A stretch of DNA of 64,000 nt from a virus (taxonomy: Duplodnaviria > Caudoviricetes). The position numbers were made by a program, and so were the translations under genes. A model generated the notes under the pieces. It was not told where the DNA came from. It saw only the letters and a list, made by a program, of their open reading frames with translations, and did not search any database. Location of the stretch: the IMG/VR virus record IMGVR_UViG_3300010429_002210, positions 2,308-66,307 of that record; one strand, given 5' to 3'. Shown here in pieces: positions 7,724 through 16,997 of the stretch. The stretch's first letter is position 1, and every line of letters begins with the position of its first letter.

Positions 7724-8380
7724 ATGCGAACCCTCAAAGATGAACTCAAGAAGAAGTTGAAGGGCAAAGGATTCAGGATGGAGCCCGAAGCACCATCGGG
7801 CCCACCCTTGATTCCTGGCGAGGTTGAACTTGAAGCGCGAATCGTCGTTAACGGAATCGGGAAAGCACTTTACAAACCACCCCGAAAGTCTCGTCCCCAT
7901 CGGCATCGGTATGGACGAGTGCAGATCACGGAGGTCAAGAAGCACATGGAAAAGAGACCTTTCAGCAAGGAGTCGATCCAGTACTCGATCTTGGACATTG
8001 CACTGCGCGAAACCAAACCGTTCACTGTTCCGAACATGATGAAGTGGTTACCTGTCGGCACGAAGAAGGCCTCGATCATGGGTGCGCTGGTGAAGTTCTG
8101 CCACGCGGGTGTCATGACAGTTTCCAAGGAGTTCATCGACGGCAACAAGCAGTACAGCATCTCTGACGTTGACAGGCGCCTGGGTACAGACGCCCTGTAC
8201 GTCAAGTTCCTGGAACATGTCAACGGTAAGCGTGTTGCAAGGAAGAAAGTGGCAGTCGGTGAGAGTCCTGTCAAGAGTGCTATCAAGAGTGCTCAGACCG
8301 GCTACGTCATTCCCCCAGTCATCAACGTCGTGTTCAGCGGCAAGATCGAGCACATCATAACCATCAAGATCGGAAAGTGA
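7724..8380 (+). CDS. hypothetical protein, possible winged-helix DNA-binding domain
   Basis: 218 aa basic protein; central helix-helix-beta-hairpin-like segment; fold call is a guess. Confidence 0.6.
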   Translation: MRTLKDELKKKLKGKGFRMEPEAPSGPPLIPGEVELEARIVVNGIGKALYKPPRKSRPHRHRYGRVQITEVKKHMEKRPFSKESIQYSILDIALRETKPFTVPNMMKWLPVGTKKASIMGALVKFCHAGVMTVSKEFIDGNKQYSISDVDRRLGTDALYVKFLEHVNGKRVARKKVAVGESPVKSAIKSAQTGYVIPPVINVVFSGKIEHIITIKIGK

Positions 8381-8388
8381 GGTGAACT

Positions 8389-8595
8389 ATGGCCGAGGGG
8401 AAGAGAGTAGCAATCTGGGTAAAGTGCCATGGTGAGGCGCACTCCAACCCGTATATCGATCACTGTGGCATTTGCATGCCACACTGGGGGGAGTTCCCCA
8501 CCTGCCCGCACTGCAGGAGTGCACAGATCAGGGAGTGGCCCTCAGGACGGGGCAAGTGCAGGCGGTGCGGGAAGATCATGAAGATGCGGGGGTAG
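8389..8595 (+). CDS. Cys/His-rich zinc-finger protein
   Basis: CxxC motifs (CGIC, CPHC, CRRC). Confidence 0.65.
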   Translation: MAEGKRVAIWVKCHGEAHSNPYIDHCGICMPHWGEFPTCPHCRSAQIREWPSGRGKCRRCGKIMKMRG

Positions 8596-8599
8596 GCAC

Positions 8600-8743
8600 A
8601 TGAAGAAAAAGATCGTAGCGTTCCGAGGAATCACCATGTACGAGATGCAGATCGGCCGAGTCATCATCCAACTTGTCCGTTGGATGTATTGGAACACGAG
8701 GAACTGGCCGTTCTTGCGTATCCGAACGACACCTTACAGATGA
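8600..8743 (+). CDS. hypothetical protein (47 aa)
   Basis: read manually; its stop codon overlaps RNA motif B3. Confidence 0.5.
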   Translation: MKKKIVAFRGITMYEMQIGRVIIQLVRWMYWNTRNWPFLRIRTTPYR

Positions 8744-8801
8744 CCCTGTGAGTGGCCGAAAAGGCCACTCGGCGCTATACAAGATAAGGGTTGAAAAGCG
8801 C
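8743..8801 (+). ncRNA. structured RNA family B copy 3
   Basis: ACCCT/AGGGT; GAGTGGCC-GAAAA-GGCCACTC; GCGCT/AGCGC; 34 bp identical to 3576-3609. Confidence 0.7.
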
Positions 8802-8816
8802 GAGGAGGTGATAAGA

Positions 8817-9005
8817 ATGGAGGCAGCAGAGGTGAAAATCGCACTGGTGATCGTCCGAGAAATCATGTTCGCAAAGCGTGCTGAACTGGATGCTCGTCGC
8901 GGTTACTGCCTTAACACGCACATGCAGTTAGAGTGCGACGTGCTCTACAAGCAACTGGACGCTTTGAAAAAGAGAGAGGCGGAGTTAGTCAGTTCACTGT
9001 CCTAA
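8817..9005 (+). CDS. hypothetical protein
   Basis: GAGGAGGTG SD before ATG 8817. Confidence 0.65.
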   Translation: MEAAEVKIALVIVREIMFAKRAELDARRGYCLNTHMQLECDVLYKQLDALKKREAELVSSLS

Positions 9006-9149
9006 ATCCAACCTTGGGAGGGGAAGGAATGAAAGAAGGAGAGAGCAGTGCGTCTGTCGGTATCTACAACGCGTTAAAGATCAGCGTCCCGTTCTGGATT
9101 ATCGTTATCACTCTTTTCATCTACTGTTGCCGATAGGGGGCGGCTAAAG

Positions 9150-9338
9150 ATGGTGTTGGTACTCAACGAGAAACAGATGAAGTTTGTCCTTGATTGCATC
9201 GAGCACGTGGGTGGTCATTATGGTTTTTACGTTGAGGGAGACCGCGAGATGGCCGAGGAGATCACCACGCGAATCCATCAACTACTCGACGACGAAAAGA
9301 AACCGGGCTGGAAAGTAAAAGACAATCCCGAGGACTGA
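9150..9338 (+). CDS. hypothetical protein
   Basis: ORF in array. Confidence 0.6.
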   Translation: MVLVLNEKQMKFVLDCIEHVGGHYGFYVEGDREMAEEITTRIHQLLDDEKKPGWKVKDNPED

Positions 9339-9352
9339 GGAGGTGACGAATC

Positions 9353-9691
9353 ATGACGACTTTCAAGATTCCTCATGCTTGCCTTTTGAACGGACGGAAG
9401 GAAGACGTACTTGTCTACGTTGACAGTTCGTCTGTCCGTTGGGGTAACGATGGCATCGGCGCTTACGAGTACTGGGGCGCCAAGGGGTTTGATAGAGGAA
9501 CGGACTACATCGAGGAGTTCGCGGTGGAGCGGGCGTTCGAACTGGACACTGCGAAGGAGTACTCGAATCGTTTCCGTGAGGCAATCCAATACGTCCTGCA
9601 GGATGACCATGAGTTCTTAGACAAGTTAGCCGGTCTGTTCCTCACCTGGGCAGCGGAAATGAAGGCCGATGCTCTCTGCCAGGAAGATTGA
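9353..9691 (+). CDS. hypothetical protein
   Basis: GAGGAGGTG SD. Confidence 0.7.
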   Translation: MTTFKIPHACLLNGRKEDVLVYVDSSSVRWGNDGIGAYEYWGAKGFDRGTDYIEEFAVERAFELDTAKEYSNRFREAIQYVLQDDHEFLDKLAGLFLTWAAEMKADALCQED

Positions 9692-9722
9692 GGACGTAAA
9701 ATTTCGAGGGTACTAATTTTTT

Positions 9723-9754
9723 TACTTGACAAGAATGGGAAATGATGATACACC
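9723..9754 (+). promoter_or_regulatory. sigma70-type early promoter (second copy)
   Basis: TTGACA (9726-9731), 17-bp spacer, TGn-TACACC; 28 bp identical to 1687-1714. Confidence 0.7.
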
Positions 9755-9779
9755 ACAAAATAAGGAGGAGGTGATAAGA

Positions 9780-10001
9780 ATGGCAGGTCCCACGCGCGAA
9801 GACATCAAGAAGATCGACGACGCCCGTTCGGAGTTCATCGGTCGAGCGGCAGCGGTTATCTTTGAGAAGCACACGCCGAGCGACAAGAAGATTGCCATCC
9901 TCAAGGAGTACTACAAGACGTACGCCCAAACGAGGAAGGACATCTATGAGGCCACTGGATGGGGGCCGTTGGCGCATGACATGTACCTTACGGAGGAGTG
10001 A
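9780..10001 (+). CDS. hypothetical protein
   Basis: AGGAGGAGGTG SD before ATG 9780. Confidence 0.7.
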   Translation: MAGPTREDIKKIDDARSEFIGRAAAVIFEKHTPSDKKIAILKEYYKTYAQTRKDIYEATGWGPLAHDMYLTEE

Positions 10002-10002
10002 C

Positions 10003-10383
10003 ATGGCGAAAGATTTTACCAAGGTGATTCTGGATCATAAAACGCGCCTTGAGCGCACTGTTGACGGGGCCTGTATCAGGGTACGGTACAGCGCGGACTA
10101 CTCGGCGGGAGACACTTGCCGATGGTTCAAGGCCCATTTGAAGGTTGACTTCTCACGAGACCCCGTCGTGGAAACCTACGATGTTTTCCTCACAAAGCAG
10201 GGGATCGAGATGGTTCACTCTGGAGACCTGCTTTTCATCAACGAACCCGGATACAACGTGGAACGGCACGTCCTGCCAGCGATCGTAGGAGACGTAGTTC
10301 TTCCCAACCAGCTCCGCAGGCGTGAGACAAAGACAATCAACGAACCCTGCACTGGAAAGGAGGAGTTCCCATGCCCGAAGTGA
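10003..10383 (+). CDS. hypothetical protein
   Basis: GGAGGAG SD before ATG 10003. Confidence 0.65.
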   Translation: MAKDFTKVILDHKTRLERTVDGACIRVRYSADYSAGDTCRWFKAHLKVDFSRDPVVETYDVFLTKQGIEMVHSGDLLFINEPGYNVERHVLPAIVGDVVLPNQLRRRETKTINEPCTGKEEFPCPK

Positions 10384-10766
10384 TTCGAACGAGATCGCGT
10401 GAGTCGGTAGTCATGAGCACGGGCCGACGGTTGGCAATGGTGATGCTGGAGATCGAGAGGCTCCAGGAAGAGAGTGACAAGCTCCGTGAGCGCCTCATGG
10501 AGAACATGCACACAGATGAGGAGATTCAGTTCACGGTCTCCGACGTCCCCTTCAAGCTCAAGAAGTACAAGGAGGAGAAAGAAGTCCTCCGCTCCAACGA
10601 GGAGATCTACAACGAGGTCGGCATCGACGCCTTCGTCAAGATCGCCAACGTGACCCTGGGCAAGATCAAGAAGATCATCGGAAAGAACTACTCGCACCTC
10701 ATTGCCGAGTACACGTCCGACCTCAAGGTGCGACTCAGCAAGGTTCGGAACGGTGGCGGTGAGTAA
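10371..10766 (+). CDS. hypothetical protein
   Basis: AAGGAGGAG SD; 131 aa. Confidence 0.7.
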   Translation: MPEVIRTRSRESVVMSTGRRLAMVMLEIERLQEESDKLRERLMENMHTDEEIQFTVSDVPFKLKKYKEEKEVLRSNEEIYNEVGIDAFVKIANVTLGKIKKIIGKNYSHLIAEYTSDLKVRLSKVRNGGGE

Positions 10767-10914
10767 GCAGGAACGCGAAACGTACAGGTGTCGGTGTGGA
10801 TACAAACGAAGCATCATTCGGAAAGCATGTGCTAAGCGGGAGGTCGGACACCCGAAGCACATGCTTTGTCCGAGATGCAAAAAGCGCGCGAAGTTCATCA
10901 AGGTGCGCGAATGA
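10759..10914 (+). CDS. small zinc-ribbon protein
   Basis: CxC...H..H..CPRC pattern; GTG start. Confidence 0.55.
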   Translation: MSKQERETYRCRCGYKRSIIRKACAKREVGHPKHMLCPRCKKRAKFIKVRE

Positions 10915-10928
10915 GGAGTGGGTATCCT

Positions 10929-12995
10929 ATGAAGCTTCTATTCGATGAAGAAAAAGGGGTGTACTACACCGAGGGTACGTACAACGAACGGCAAATACCG
11001 AAGGACGCCGGCTTTCGTTGGGACCCCGAAAAGCGCAGGTGGTGGACTGAGAGCAACGACAACGCTTTCAAGCTCGTCAAGTACGCTTTCGGGGCCCTTC
11101 GTGACAAGCTCTTGTACTACTGGGAAGGAAAGTCACGATCGTATCAGGAATCGTTTGCGACTGACGCGTTGGTTGACTTCCCCCGTCCCAGGGGTCTTGA
11201 GTACCTTCCGTTTCAGAAAGCAGGCATTGCATACTGTCTGACGCATGAAAACATCCTGCTTGCCGATGAGATGGGTCTTGGAAAGACGATCCAATGCATT
11301 GGTGTGATAAACGCCGCCAACCTCCAGAAAGTCCTGGTCATCTGCAAAGCATCGCTCAAGATCAACTGGAAGAGGGAGATCGAAAAGTGGCTGGTTACAC
11401 GGCGCAAGGTTGAGATCCTCAACGGTGGGTCGCTGACGGATGTTGGTGTAGTCATCGTCAATTACGAACAGCTCAGGAAGCATCGAGACTTCCTACTTTC
11501 CGAGGAATGGGACCTCATGGTAGTGGACGAGGCCCACTTTGTGAAGAACCCCAAAGCTCAGCGATCCGAGGTCACCTACGAGATCGCCAAAGAGAAAGCC
11601 AAGAAAAAGATATTCGTTACGGGCACTCCGATACCGAATCGGCCGGTGGAACTTTTCCCCCTGGCGAACTTGTTAAATGCGGAGTTTGCGAAAGAGTTCT
11701 GGCCCTATGTGAAACGGTACTGCGATGCCAAGCGCAGTGACAGCGGTTACGGCTGGGACTTCAACGGTTCATCCAATCTCGAGGAGCTGCAGCAAAAACT
11801 CCGCGAGAGCATCATGATTCGTCGGCTCAAGAAAGACGTCATGCCTGAGCTTCCCGCGAAGCGGAGGCAGGTGGTTGAACTGACAGCGGACTCGGCCGAG
11901 CTTCGACGCCTTGTGGGGCAACAGGTCGGTCGGTTCGACGCCTTCAACAAAAAGGTGGAGGCTCTAAGAAGGAAACGAAACGAAGCCCGTGACGGGGATG
12001 ACGAGGAAACGTTCAAGGCCACAGTTAAGGAACTCAGAGAGTTCCAGCGCGCCGAGTTCGCTGAGATGGCCAAGATCAGGCATCAGACAGCGCTCGCGAA
12101 GGTTCCTCAGGTCATTCAATACGTCAAGGAGATGCTGGAGGAAGTTGAGAAGGTCGCGGTCTTCGGACACCATCAAGATGTGATCGAGAAGATCACTGCA
12201 GCGTTCGCAGGAGAAGCAGTGTTCCTGCACGGTGGCCTCAACCCCAATCAGAAACAAGCGGCGGTTGACGCGTTCCAAAACGACCCCTCAGTAAAAGTTT
12301 TTGTCGGATCGATCCAGGCTGCTGGTGTTGGTCTCACTCTGACAGCAGCCTCAAATGCAGTCTTCGCGGAACAGGATTGGGTCCCTGCTAATCTGACCCA
12401 GGCAGAGGATAGATTGCACAGGATCGGACAGTTTGATTCTGTGAACGTTTACCATTTAGTTGTGAACGGGAGTTTCGATTGCGACCTCATCAAAGTCGTG
12501 GTTGGAAAGCAGGAAGTAATCGACAAAGCTCTGGATTCCAATGCACCACAGAGAGACGCTACAATAAAGCGCCTTTCCGAGGAAATGGATATTGGGCCTG
12601 AACCCGAACCCGAACCCGAAACGATCTCATTCCCAGAGCCCCAGGTGATGGCGCAGACGACACCACCTGCACCGACACTCAATCGGGAGGCATTGAAACG
12701 AGTTCGTTGGGAGAGGGAACAGCGTGCACGTTTCACACGCTATTCCGAGGAACAGCGGAATACCATTCACTGGGCAACGAAGTACTTGGCAGGGATGTGC
12801 GACGGGGCCTTTGCTCTGGATGGTTGCGGCTATAACAAGTATGACTCCCCCATCGGGAAGTCGTTTGCTACCCGGAGACGCCTGACGGACAAGGAGTGTG
12901 ATCTCGCACTCAAGATCCTCAGGAAGTACCGCAGGCAGGTCCCTGGGCATATTTACCAACAGATGTTTCCACAGAACGAAGTAGTAAATTCTTAG
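10929..12995 (+). CDS. SNF2-family helicase (HARP/SMARCAL1-like)
   Basis: LADEMGLGKT, DEAH, TGTPIPNRPVEL, GVGLTLTAAS, QAEDRLHRIGQ; start could be 10911. Confidence 0.92.
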   Translation: MKLLFDEEKGVYYTEGTYNERQIPKDAGFRWDPEKRRWWTESNDNAFKLVKYAFGALRDKLLYYWEGKSRSYQESFATDALVDFPRPRGLEYLPFQKAGIAYCLTHENILLADEMGLGKTIQCIGVINAANLQKVLVICKASLKINWKREIEKWLVTRRKVEILNGGSLTDVGVVIVNYEQLRKHRDFLLSEEWDLMVVDEAHFVKNPKAQRSEVTYEIAKEKAKKKIFVTGTPIPNRPVELFPLANLLNAEFAKEFWPYVKRYCDAKRSDSGYGWDFNGSSNLEELQQKLRESIMIRRLKKDVMPELPAKRRQVVELTADSAELRRLVGQQVGRFDAFNKKVEALRRKRNEARDGDDEETFKATVKELREFQRAEFAEMAKIRHQTALAKVPQVIQYVKEMLEEVEKVAVFGHHQDVIEKITAAFAGEAVFLHGGLNPNQKQAAVDAFQNDPSVKVFVGSIQAAGVGLTLTAASNAVFAEQDWVPANLTQAEDRLHRIGQFDSVNVYHLVVNGSFDCDLIKVVVGKQEVIDKALDSNAPQRDATIKRLSEEMDIGPEPEPEPETISFPEPQVMAQTTPPAPTLNREALKRVRWEREQRARFTRYSEEQRNTIHWATKYLAGMCDGAFALDGCGYNKYDSPIGKSFATRRRLTDKECDLALKILRKYRRQVPGHIYQQMFPQNEVVNS

Positions 12996-13012
12996 TCAAG
13001 GAGGTTTGTGCT

Positions 13013-13189
13013 ATGCCACGAACAGAGGTCGAAGTCAAGAAGAAGTTGAAGAGTGTGTATCTTGACGAGGTCACCATCGCCAAGATCACCAAGATCGCGA
13101 ACAAGGAGAAGCGGTCCTTCTCTGCCCAGGCCGCTATCATCCTGGAAGAGTGGGCAGGAACGCGTATGGGGGTACGTGCTGCTAACTGA
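13013..13189 (+). CDS. ribbon-helix-helix (Arc-like) DNA-binding protein
   Basis: read manually: KSVYLDEVTIAKITKIANKEKRSFSAQAAIILEEW has the RHH pattern. Confidence 0.65.
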   Translation: MPRTEVEVKKKLKSVYLDEVTIAKITKIANKEKRSFSAQAAIILEEWAGTRMGVRAAN

Positions 13190-13224
13190 GTTCAACAACT
13201 GAATAGAGGAGGAGGAAGGGTTAG

Positions 13225-13599
13225 ATGCGTGGATTGACACCTGCGGCTATTAAGAATTATCGCGCGGCTATTCAGGTGGCATGTGAAAGTTCGTACATGC
13301 CCTACGACACGACCGAGTCCTACGACGAGGTCACCAATCCATTCATTCTTAAAGGAGGGGACAGTCCTGAGGATCTGTATATCAAACGTGAGTCGTTCCT
13401 CAAGCTGTCCGATTCGGCAAAGTTGTTGGTGCAACTTATCTTGAGCGGTCCGAATGAGGTCACTCAGGAGATAACCAACCCGAAGCATGGGTCACTTTCC
13501 AGGACACGCCTTCGGGCGCATTTACACAAAACGTTGCGGTGGCGGCATAAGAAGATAGATGACGTCACCGCGGAGATCAGGGAGGCATTATGCGTATAG
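13225..13599 (+). CDS. hypothetical protein
   Basis: GGAGGAGG SD; 124 aa. Confidence 0.65.
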   Translation: MRGLTPAAIKNYRAAIQVACESSYMPYDTTESYDEVTNPFILKGGDSPEDLYIKRESFLKLSDSAKLLVQLILSGPNEVTQEITNPKHGSLSRTRLRAHLHKTLRWRHKKIDDVTAEIREALCV

Positions 13600-14951
13600 A
13601 CATCCTGGACGCTGTAACAGCAAAAGTGCTTGAAGCCACCCAGGAAGAGATGAAGGAACTCATTTCCCTACTCTCTTTCAAGGCCGAGTACTACAAGCCG
13701 GCTCGGTACGGGATGGAAAAGAAAGAGTACCAAAAGTGCATGGTGGGCAAGGCCACCCGAATCTTCTACACAGGGCTGGTGCAACGGGTGTTCGATCACT
13801 TCACACGAATCGGTGGGCACGTGGACATCGTTGGTAGTGTGCACTGGCTCGCGTCGGGGAGTGAACCACATCTGAACGGACTCACGCTGCGCGATTTTCA
13901 AGAGCAACTCGTGAACAAGGCCTTGCTTGCACAGCGTGGGGTTATCCTCAGTCCGACTGGGTCGGGGAAGACAGTGATTGCCGCGGCAATCCTGTCCTGT
14001 TTTCCAGAGAGGAGGTTCCTCTTCCTCACTTCCCGACTTGACCTCATCAAGCAGACCGAGGAGGAGTTCAAACGATTCGGTCTAAAGGACGTGCAAACGT
14101 TCACGGGTGGGAACAAAAGGATCGGGAACATCACGATCGCAACCACCCAATCGCTGGCACGGATGGATCCGAAGAAGTACAACCACCTGTTCGATGGGGT
14201 GATTATCGACGAAGTGCATCACGTATCGTCTACGAGCACGCAGGTCGCCAAGATCCTCAGTGTGCTCCCGTGTCCCATTCGAATCGGTCTGACGGCCACC
14301 TTGCCGTTGGACAACCCGGAAGCGTTGTTCTGTATCGAGGGACTCGTTGGACCCGTTATCGGGGAAATGACTGTGGAGGACGGAGTGGAAAGAGGATACC
14401 TTGCAAAGCCGAAGATCACGTTGATCGACGTTCCGATGGCCGTCCATGTGGAGAAGCTCCGGACGTACCAGGACATCTATCAAAAAGGAATCGTTGAAAG
14501 TCGCATGCGAAACCACCTGATTGCCCAGGCCGTGGCCGAGCGCGCCGACGCAGGAAAGTCTGTTCTTATCCTGGTCAATAAGATTGAGCACGGCGAGATC
14601 CTTCACGAGGCCCTGTTGAAGAAGGGTGTCGCCAGTGCAGTATTTATTCAAGGCGCCACAGAGACCGACGCGCGGGCGCTGGTGAAGGACGCATTGAACA
14701 AGAAGCACAGTCGGTGCGTCATTGCGACAGTAATTTGGCGGGAAGGTGTCAACATTCCGTCGCTCGACACAGTCATCCCTGCCGGCGCTGGGAAGAGTGA
14801 AATCGCAACCGTGCAAGCCGTCGGGCGTGGGCTCCGAACCACCACCGAAAAGGAAACGGTTGAGGTGATCGACTTCCTGGATCACGGTAAATACCTGGCG
14901 GCGCACTCTATCAACCGCTTGGCAGTGTACGTTGCCAACGGTTGGTTGTGA
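13590..14951 (+). CDS. superfamily II DNA helicase (UvsW-like)
   Basis: SPTGSGKT, DEVHH, GLTAT, EGVNIP, QAVGRGLR. Confidence 0.9.
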   Translation: MRIDILDAVTAKVLEATQEEMKELISLLSFKAEYYKPARYGMEKKEYQKCMVGKATRIFYTGLVQRVFDHFTRIGGHVDIVGSVHWLASGSEPHLNGLTLRDFQEQLVNKALLAQRGVILSPTGSGKTVIAAAILSCFPERRFLFLTSRLDLIKQTEEEFKRFGLKDVQTFTGGNKRIGNITIATTQSLARMDPKKYNHLFDGVIIDEVHHVSSTSTQVAKILSVLPCPIRIGLTATLPLDNPEALFCIEGLVGPVIGEMTVEDGVERGYLAKPKITLIDVPMAVHVEKLRTYQDIYQKGIVESRMRNHLIAQAVAERADAGKSVLILVNKIEHGEILHEALLKKGVASAVFIQGATETDARALVKDALNKKHSRCVIATVIWREGVNIPSLDTVIPAGAGKSEIATVQAVGRGLRTTTEKETVEVIDFLDHGKYLAAHSINRLAVYVANGWL

Positions 14952-15054
14952 GGTGAGGTATGGACATAGCGTATGCGTTTGAATGGATTACAGCGGGTCT
15001 TTTGGTGTTTGTACTAATAGTTGCAACTTTTCAAAATTGAAAGGAGATGTGCCC

Positions 15055-15606
15055 ATGAGCATGCGGAAAGACATGAACCACACGTTCTACACGATGCGCG
15101 GTATGCTGAAAGTCTACCGAGTGATGGAGGAAACGAGCAGCGGTCACTTCCTTCCCCCGTACCGGTTCAAGTGGCTGGTACGGATGTGGAATGACATGAA
15201 GTGCAGGGGGATCTACCCCACCCCCACCGAGCTGCTTCTCAAGGGATACAACGAGCGGCACGCCAAGGACTTCCCGTGGAAGGACAAGGGGACGAAGTCG
15301 GAGTCCGGCTTCACCTCTTTCGTCAAGCTGTCGGAAGCCAAGGCCTTCATCTCCAACCGGGTCCACATGAAGCGCTTCCGTGACAAGAAGTGGGTGGTCA
15401 TCCCGGCGTGGGTCCCGACGGGCACGAAGTGCATCTACGGCTTCCGGGCGAGGCATCCCCACAAGTACCCGAAAGTCATCAACAGCAAAAACGAAAACGG
15501 TCTCCGTCGGAAGGAGAACCTGCGGGTTGTCCAGTCGGAACAGCTCCAGTTCGGTGCCGAGACTGAGGTCCTGTTCCGAATCAACGGTGCGAGGTACACC
15601 GGATGA
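15055..15606 (+). CDS. hypothetical protein
   Basis: AAGGAG SD; strongly GC3-biased codons. Confidence 0.65.
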   Translation: MSMRKDMNHTFYTMRGMLKVYRVMEETSSGHFLPPYRFKWLVRMWNDMKCRGIYPTPTELLLKGYNERHAKDFPWKDKGTKSESGFTSFVKLSEAKAFISNRVHMKRFRDKKWVVIPAWVPTGTKCIYGFRARHPHKYPKVINSKNENGLRRKENLRVVQSEQLQFGAETEVLFRINGARYTG

Positions 15607-15818
15607 CAATCCAAGTCAACTTTTCAAAAGCTGAACTTGGTGTTCTTCACTCCCTTGTGCGCCGTCGGATTGAGGCGCGCAAGCGGAGGAAGGACAAGTC
15701 AGGGTTTGTCCCAGAGCCCGGACACCGCGACATGGAGCTTCGGCACATCCAGCTCCTTGAAGGGATGCAGCGGAAGATCGCTGAGGCTCTGGGACCTGAC
15801 TTCAAGAAAGGAGGATAG
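15603..15818 (+). CDS. hypothetical protein
   Basis: ATGA overlap with the upstream gene. Confidence 0.6.
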   Translation: MTIQVNFSKAELGVLHSLVRRRIEARKRRKDKSGFVPEPGHRDMELRHIQLLEGMQRKIAEALGPDFKKGG

Positions 15819-15820
15819 GT

Positions 15821-16096
15821 ATGAACCGAATCCTGGTCATCTTTACCATGCTTCTTTCACTCCTACTCACCGGCGTGGCTTTCGCGGATGAGGTACGCGT
15901 CCTTGATAAGGACTACAACGTCAAGTACCGAATCAAGGACGGGAAGATCATGGACAAGAACTACAACGTCAAGGGATATGTAAAGGACGGGAAGATCTAT
16001 GACTCCGAGTGGCGATATAAGGGACAATTCGAGCGGGAACGAGATCGTTCAAATCGAGGGAGCTCAGAACGTCGTCATTCGGGCAGGGAGTTTTGA
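15821..16096 (+). CDS. secreted protein with internal repeat
   Basis: signal peptide (..GVAFA); duplicated DK(D/N)YNVK..IKDGKI unit. Confidence 0.7.
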   Translation: MNRILVIFTMLLSLLLTGVAFADEVRVLDKDYNVKYRIKDGKIMDKNYNVKGYVKDGKIYDSEWRYKGQFERERDRSNRGSSERRHSGREF

Positions 16097-16267
16097 GCTC
16101 GTAACCCTGTCTGGGCACCTTGCCGATGTCTCAGTCAAGATTGACGGACGAGAGGCGCGAAACATAGAACGCTTGGAAGTAATAGCAGACGCACGCTCGG
16201 GGAGGATCGACATCTGGCTCAAGATCTTCCCCGAGATGTCCATGTTCGAATGAAAGGAGGAGGAGGA

Positions 16268-16540
16268 ATGAAAACACTATGCACCATTATCATAATCGTT
16301 CAGATCACACTGTCCCTTGCTGTTCAAGGCTGTACCAACCCTGAGGGGGCGCGTGAGGTTCTCGAGGGGGCCGGGTACACCAACGTGAAGATCACTGGGT
16401 GGCATCCCTTCTCCTGCTCCTCCGAAGACGACATGTTTGCGACAGGTTTCGAGGCCGTTGGCCCTACAGGGAAGCCTGTGCAGGGCACCGTTTGCGAGGG
16501 TCTCATCTTCAAAGATTCTACAATCCGTCTAAGGAGGTAA
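16268..16540 (+). CDS. putative lipoprotein
   Basis: hydrophobic leader ending VQGC; GFEAVGPTG...GTVC pattern. Confidence 0.7.
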   Translation: MKTLCTIIIIVQITLSLAVQGCTNPEGAREVLEGAGYTNVKITGWHPFSCSSEDDMFATGFEAVGPTGKPVQGTVCEGLIFKDSTIRLRR

Positions 16541-16544
16541 TACC

Positions 16545-16997
16545 ATGGCTGTTAAGTGCCAACTCTACAACAAGGATGGGGTGCTGGAGAACCGAACCCT
16601 CACCCGTTCAAGGGCCGTGAGGGAGCGGTGCTTCCAGTGCTCCAATTACCAACCGTCGGAAGTGACCCGTTGCTCCCACGTGTCGTGCCCGCTTTTCCCA
16701 TTCCGAAAGGGGACGTCCAAGAACTCTTCCCCCAAACGGAATGAGGCCGTGAAGGCGTACTGCACCTGGTGCATGGCAGGGCAGAAGCACGAGATCAAGA
16801 ACTGCACCGCGAAACACTGCCCTCTCTACCACTTCCGAATCGGTGCCTCCCGAACCGAGGTGGACAAGGTAGACAAAGGTCCTCCCACCCTGATTCTCGA
16901 GGAAGTTACTCCGTTCGGGAAAGCGGAGTTCGACAAAATCCAGGGCACCATGACAGGGAGGACACTGCTCAGACGCCCCAACTTCAAGGAGGTCTAA
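16545..16997 (+). CDS. protein with two tandem Cys4 repeats
   Basis: R.xAV...CxxC...Q..E...C....CPL..FR.G occurs twice. Confidence 0.7.
   Translation: MAVKCQLYNKDGVLENRTLTRSRAVRERCFQCSNYQPSEVTRCSHVSCPLFPFRKGTSKNSSPKRNEAVKAYCTWCMAGQKHEIKNCTAKHCPLYHFRIGASRTEVDKVDKGPPTLILEEVTPFGKAEFDKIQGTMTGRTLLRRPNFKEV

Noticed and set aside
12595-12625. GAACCC tandem repeat
   Set aside because: It encodes a low-complexity EPEPEPE linker in the SNF2 helicase.
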